Of a DNA stretch of 64,000 nucleotides, positions 61,831-64,000 are shown in pieces (position 1 is the stretch's first letter; every line of letters begins with the position of its first letter). Source of the stretch: Podarcis cretensis (lineage: Eukaryota). The notes under the pieces are model-generated. The model saw only the letters and a list, made by a program, of their open reading frames with translations. It did not search any database and was not told where the DNA came from. The stretch spans positions 31,372,001-31,436,000 of the forward strand of contig OX638149.1 of NCBI GenBank assembly GCA_951804945.1, written 5' to 3'. The translations under genes and the position numbers were made by a program.

Positions 61831-64000
61831 GTGCCTGCAAATAAGGCTTACAATCTACATTAAAAAAAAAAATGAAGGGAGGTGGTCAGAAGTTTATAAA
61901 TTCATGAATAGTGAGGGTGAGGTGGCAGAGGAGGAACAGTGAAGATAAAGATTCTAGAAAAGATTTCTTGCAAATACGGTTCTTACATTACCCTTTCACA
62001 TATATGCAGAAACACACACACATGTATGGCATGTCTTTTCAAAGTACTTTGAGAAGAGAAATCTAATCAGTGGATATGGTCTTGAACCCAAGTTTCTTTA
62101 TGCATAGAGGGAGGAAATGTACTGAGATGACCTTAAACAAGTCACCATCCTGCAGTCTTAGTACATCATTTCTTAACTTTGGATCTTTCTTACATGGTCC
62201 ATACTGTACTGGAATGAATGAAACTGGGTTAAGATATGGGCTGCTATTAAAAGCAACTGCACCCTGCCATTCAGTTTTTGGCAAAAATGTGGTGCAACAT
62301 CACATAGTTCCCCATCCCTTGCGCCACATGATTGGCTGATGCTGGAGAATGCAGGAAAACATATGTCATGATGATATAATGGCAGACATTTCCTTAATGA
62401 CATAAACGGAGAGGAGGAAAAACTTCAACATGGGTTGCCATTTTTGGCAGCGGCCCCATTACAGGCATAGCTTCTGGTTCTGAAATGAGCTAAGGACTGA
62501 AAATCACATTGAAATTGCTACTTGTTTTTTAAAAGAATAATTATCACGCTGCCAAAACAGCAGGATGAACTAGTTAACTCCTGGGGCTTATTAAGGGACA
62601 CTGTAACCCCCAACGATGCTGACTCTGAGCCTGCCTGCCTTACAAAAGGCTTTCACCTTCAGAGTATTATCTTTTAAGACCCACATCCTGACAGTCAACA
62701 CCAACGTGAGACAGTTTCATTTCTCTGATGCCCTTTTGCATGCTCACACAGCCCTGCCACCACATGGTTAGATTCAGGAGCTCGGAGTTCAGTACCAGCT
62801 GCTTCCATTCAGTCTATACCATAGCACTGCACAGCGCCTGAATTTCAATAGCCGAGGAAGTATCAAATATCTCTAAAAGCTGGAAATTGAAATTCAAGCT
62901 TGATCTCTAATTAACAAATGAACTGCAGTAGCAAGGCAGGTACAGTCAGCCAGCCACAGAATCCCTGCTTTTCTGCAGTGCCTCCCCTCACCCAAACACA
63001 CACACACACACACACACACATGAATCAAAGAATTACAGAATCATAGAAGTGCAGAGTTGGAAGGGACCTGGAAAGCACAGTAGGTTTGTCTGTTTTGCAT
63101 TCCTTTATTTAAATAACCCATTTCTCCCTTTCAAATGCAAGGGTACAATTCCTTCAGAGCAAACCCACTGTTTTATCCATCTTCAGGTAACAAAGAATTA
63201 AATAAATAAATAAATAAATCTGGTGTCAAGAATCAGCCAGCAATGTTGCTTTGCGACCTGCACATCCTTTTGTGTACCAAGTCACAAACAAAAAACTGTT
63301 CCAGTGCATTCATGTTGTCCCTGACTAAAAGGGAGGAACTATGAAAATATCGCCAATAAACCTTAATGCCATCAGATCACGCTGTATTGTGTCTGATAGT
63401 AAAAACAATGTGCTTCAATGAATGGGAGCAGATAGGCTTAAGCAGCAAAACCCCTCTTTCTCTCTTCTTTGGAGAAAAGCACAGGTAAAAGAAGGTAGCA
63501 GTCAGCCTCATTCAAGATAAGCAACTCTCTTCAAATTTTAGTAAAGTTCTCTGTTCTGTTGTTGTTGTTGTAGTTGTTGTTGTTTTATTCCTCCCCACCC
63601 CCACCTCCCACAACTTTCCCAATTTCTTTTATGGGTCCTGAGGCTGCCTGCCAACAGGACAGAACCACTCACGCTGCCTTGCAATTTCTGTAAGTGCCCT
63701 GTGATAAAGTGATGAGATTAACTCATTGGGATTCCAGCAGCCTTCCCACCGGCTGGCAGTCACGCTGCCACTTCAGTCACTGTGGACTTGGGGCGATCTG
63801 GCAGCCGAAAGAATTCCAGGGTGTCTTCAGAAGCCAGAGGAGGAACCTGTGCACGCCAATGAGCAGCAGCAAAAGATGCACACATGCATGCATGCTCACA
63901 CATGTGTGCGAGAGCATGCTTTGAGCATGTCACTCATCCTATTGGACCATGCATAATTGAGGGAAATGACTTCAAAGAGTGGGCTAGCTAGGAGATCCAG

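Overview
This is vertebrate genomic DNA from a squamate reptile, probably a lacertid lizard (inferred from Sauria-type and MIR/Ther1-derived SINEs together with BovB, L2 and CR1 LINEs). The only host gene I can support is the 3' part of ESRRB (estrogen-related receptor beta, NR3B2) on the minus strand. It has five GT-AG coding exons (60877-60993, 44228-44338, 41843-42004, 31830-32099, 30737-30981) encoding about 301 aa, from the second zinc finger to the ...LEMLEAKV* end. Upstream exons lie beyond position 64000. The rest is intron, 3' UTR or intergenic sequence packed with transposons: CR1, L2, BovB and Rex1-like LINE fragments, several tRNA-derived SINE families, Tc1/pogo-, hAT- and Harbinger-like MITEs, solo LTRs and microsatellites. 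Almost all other ORFs in the supplied track are spurious. There are no prokaryotic-type systems such as CRISPR arrays or operons. The best leads for something undescribed are: (1) three divergent solo LTRs that keep the same cryptic acidic, Trp-rich plus SPRTRR peptide in the same frame; (2) a possible leaky ESRRB stop (UGA-C) followed by a 60-codon in-frame extension that repeats LEAKV; (3) SINEs with different tRNA heads on one CR1 tail; (4) an unclassified CpG-rich, structured 0.8-kb intronic element; (5) a dense DR4/PBX-MEIS/TCF motif cluster in an ESRRB intron. All five are hypotheses from sequence reading only.
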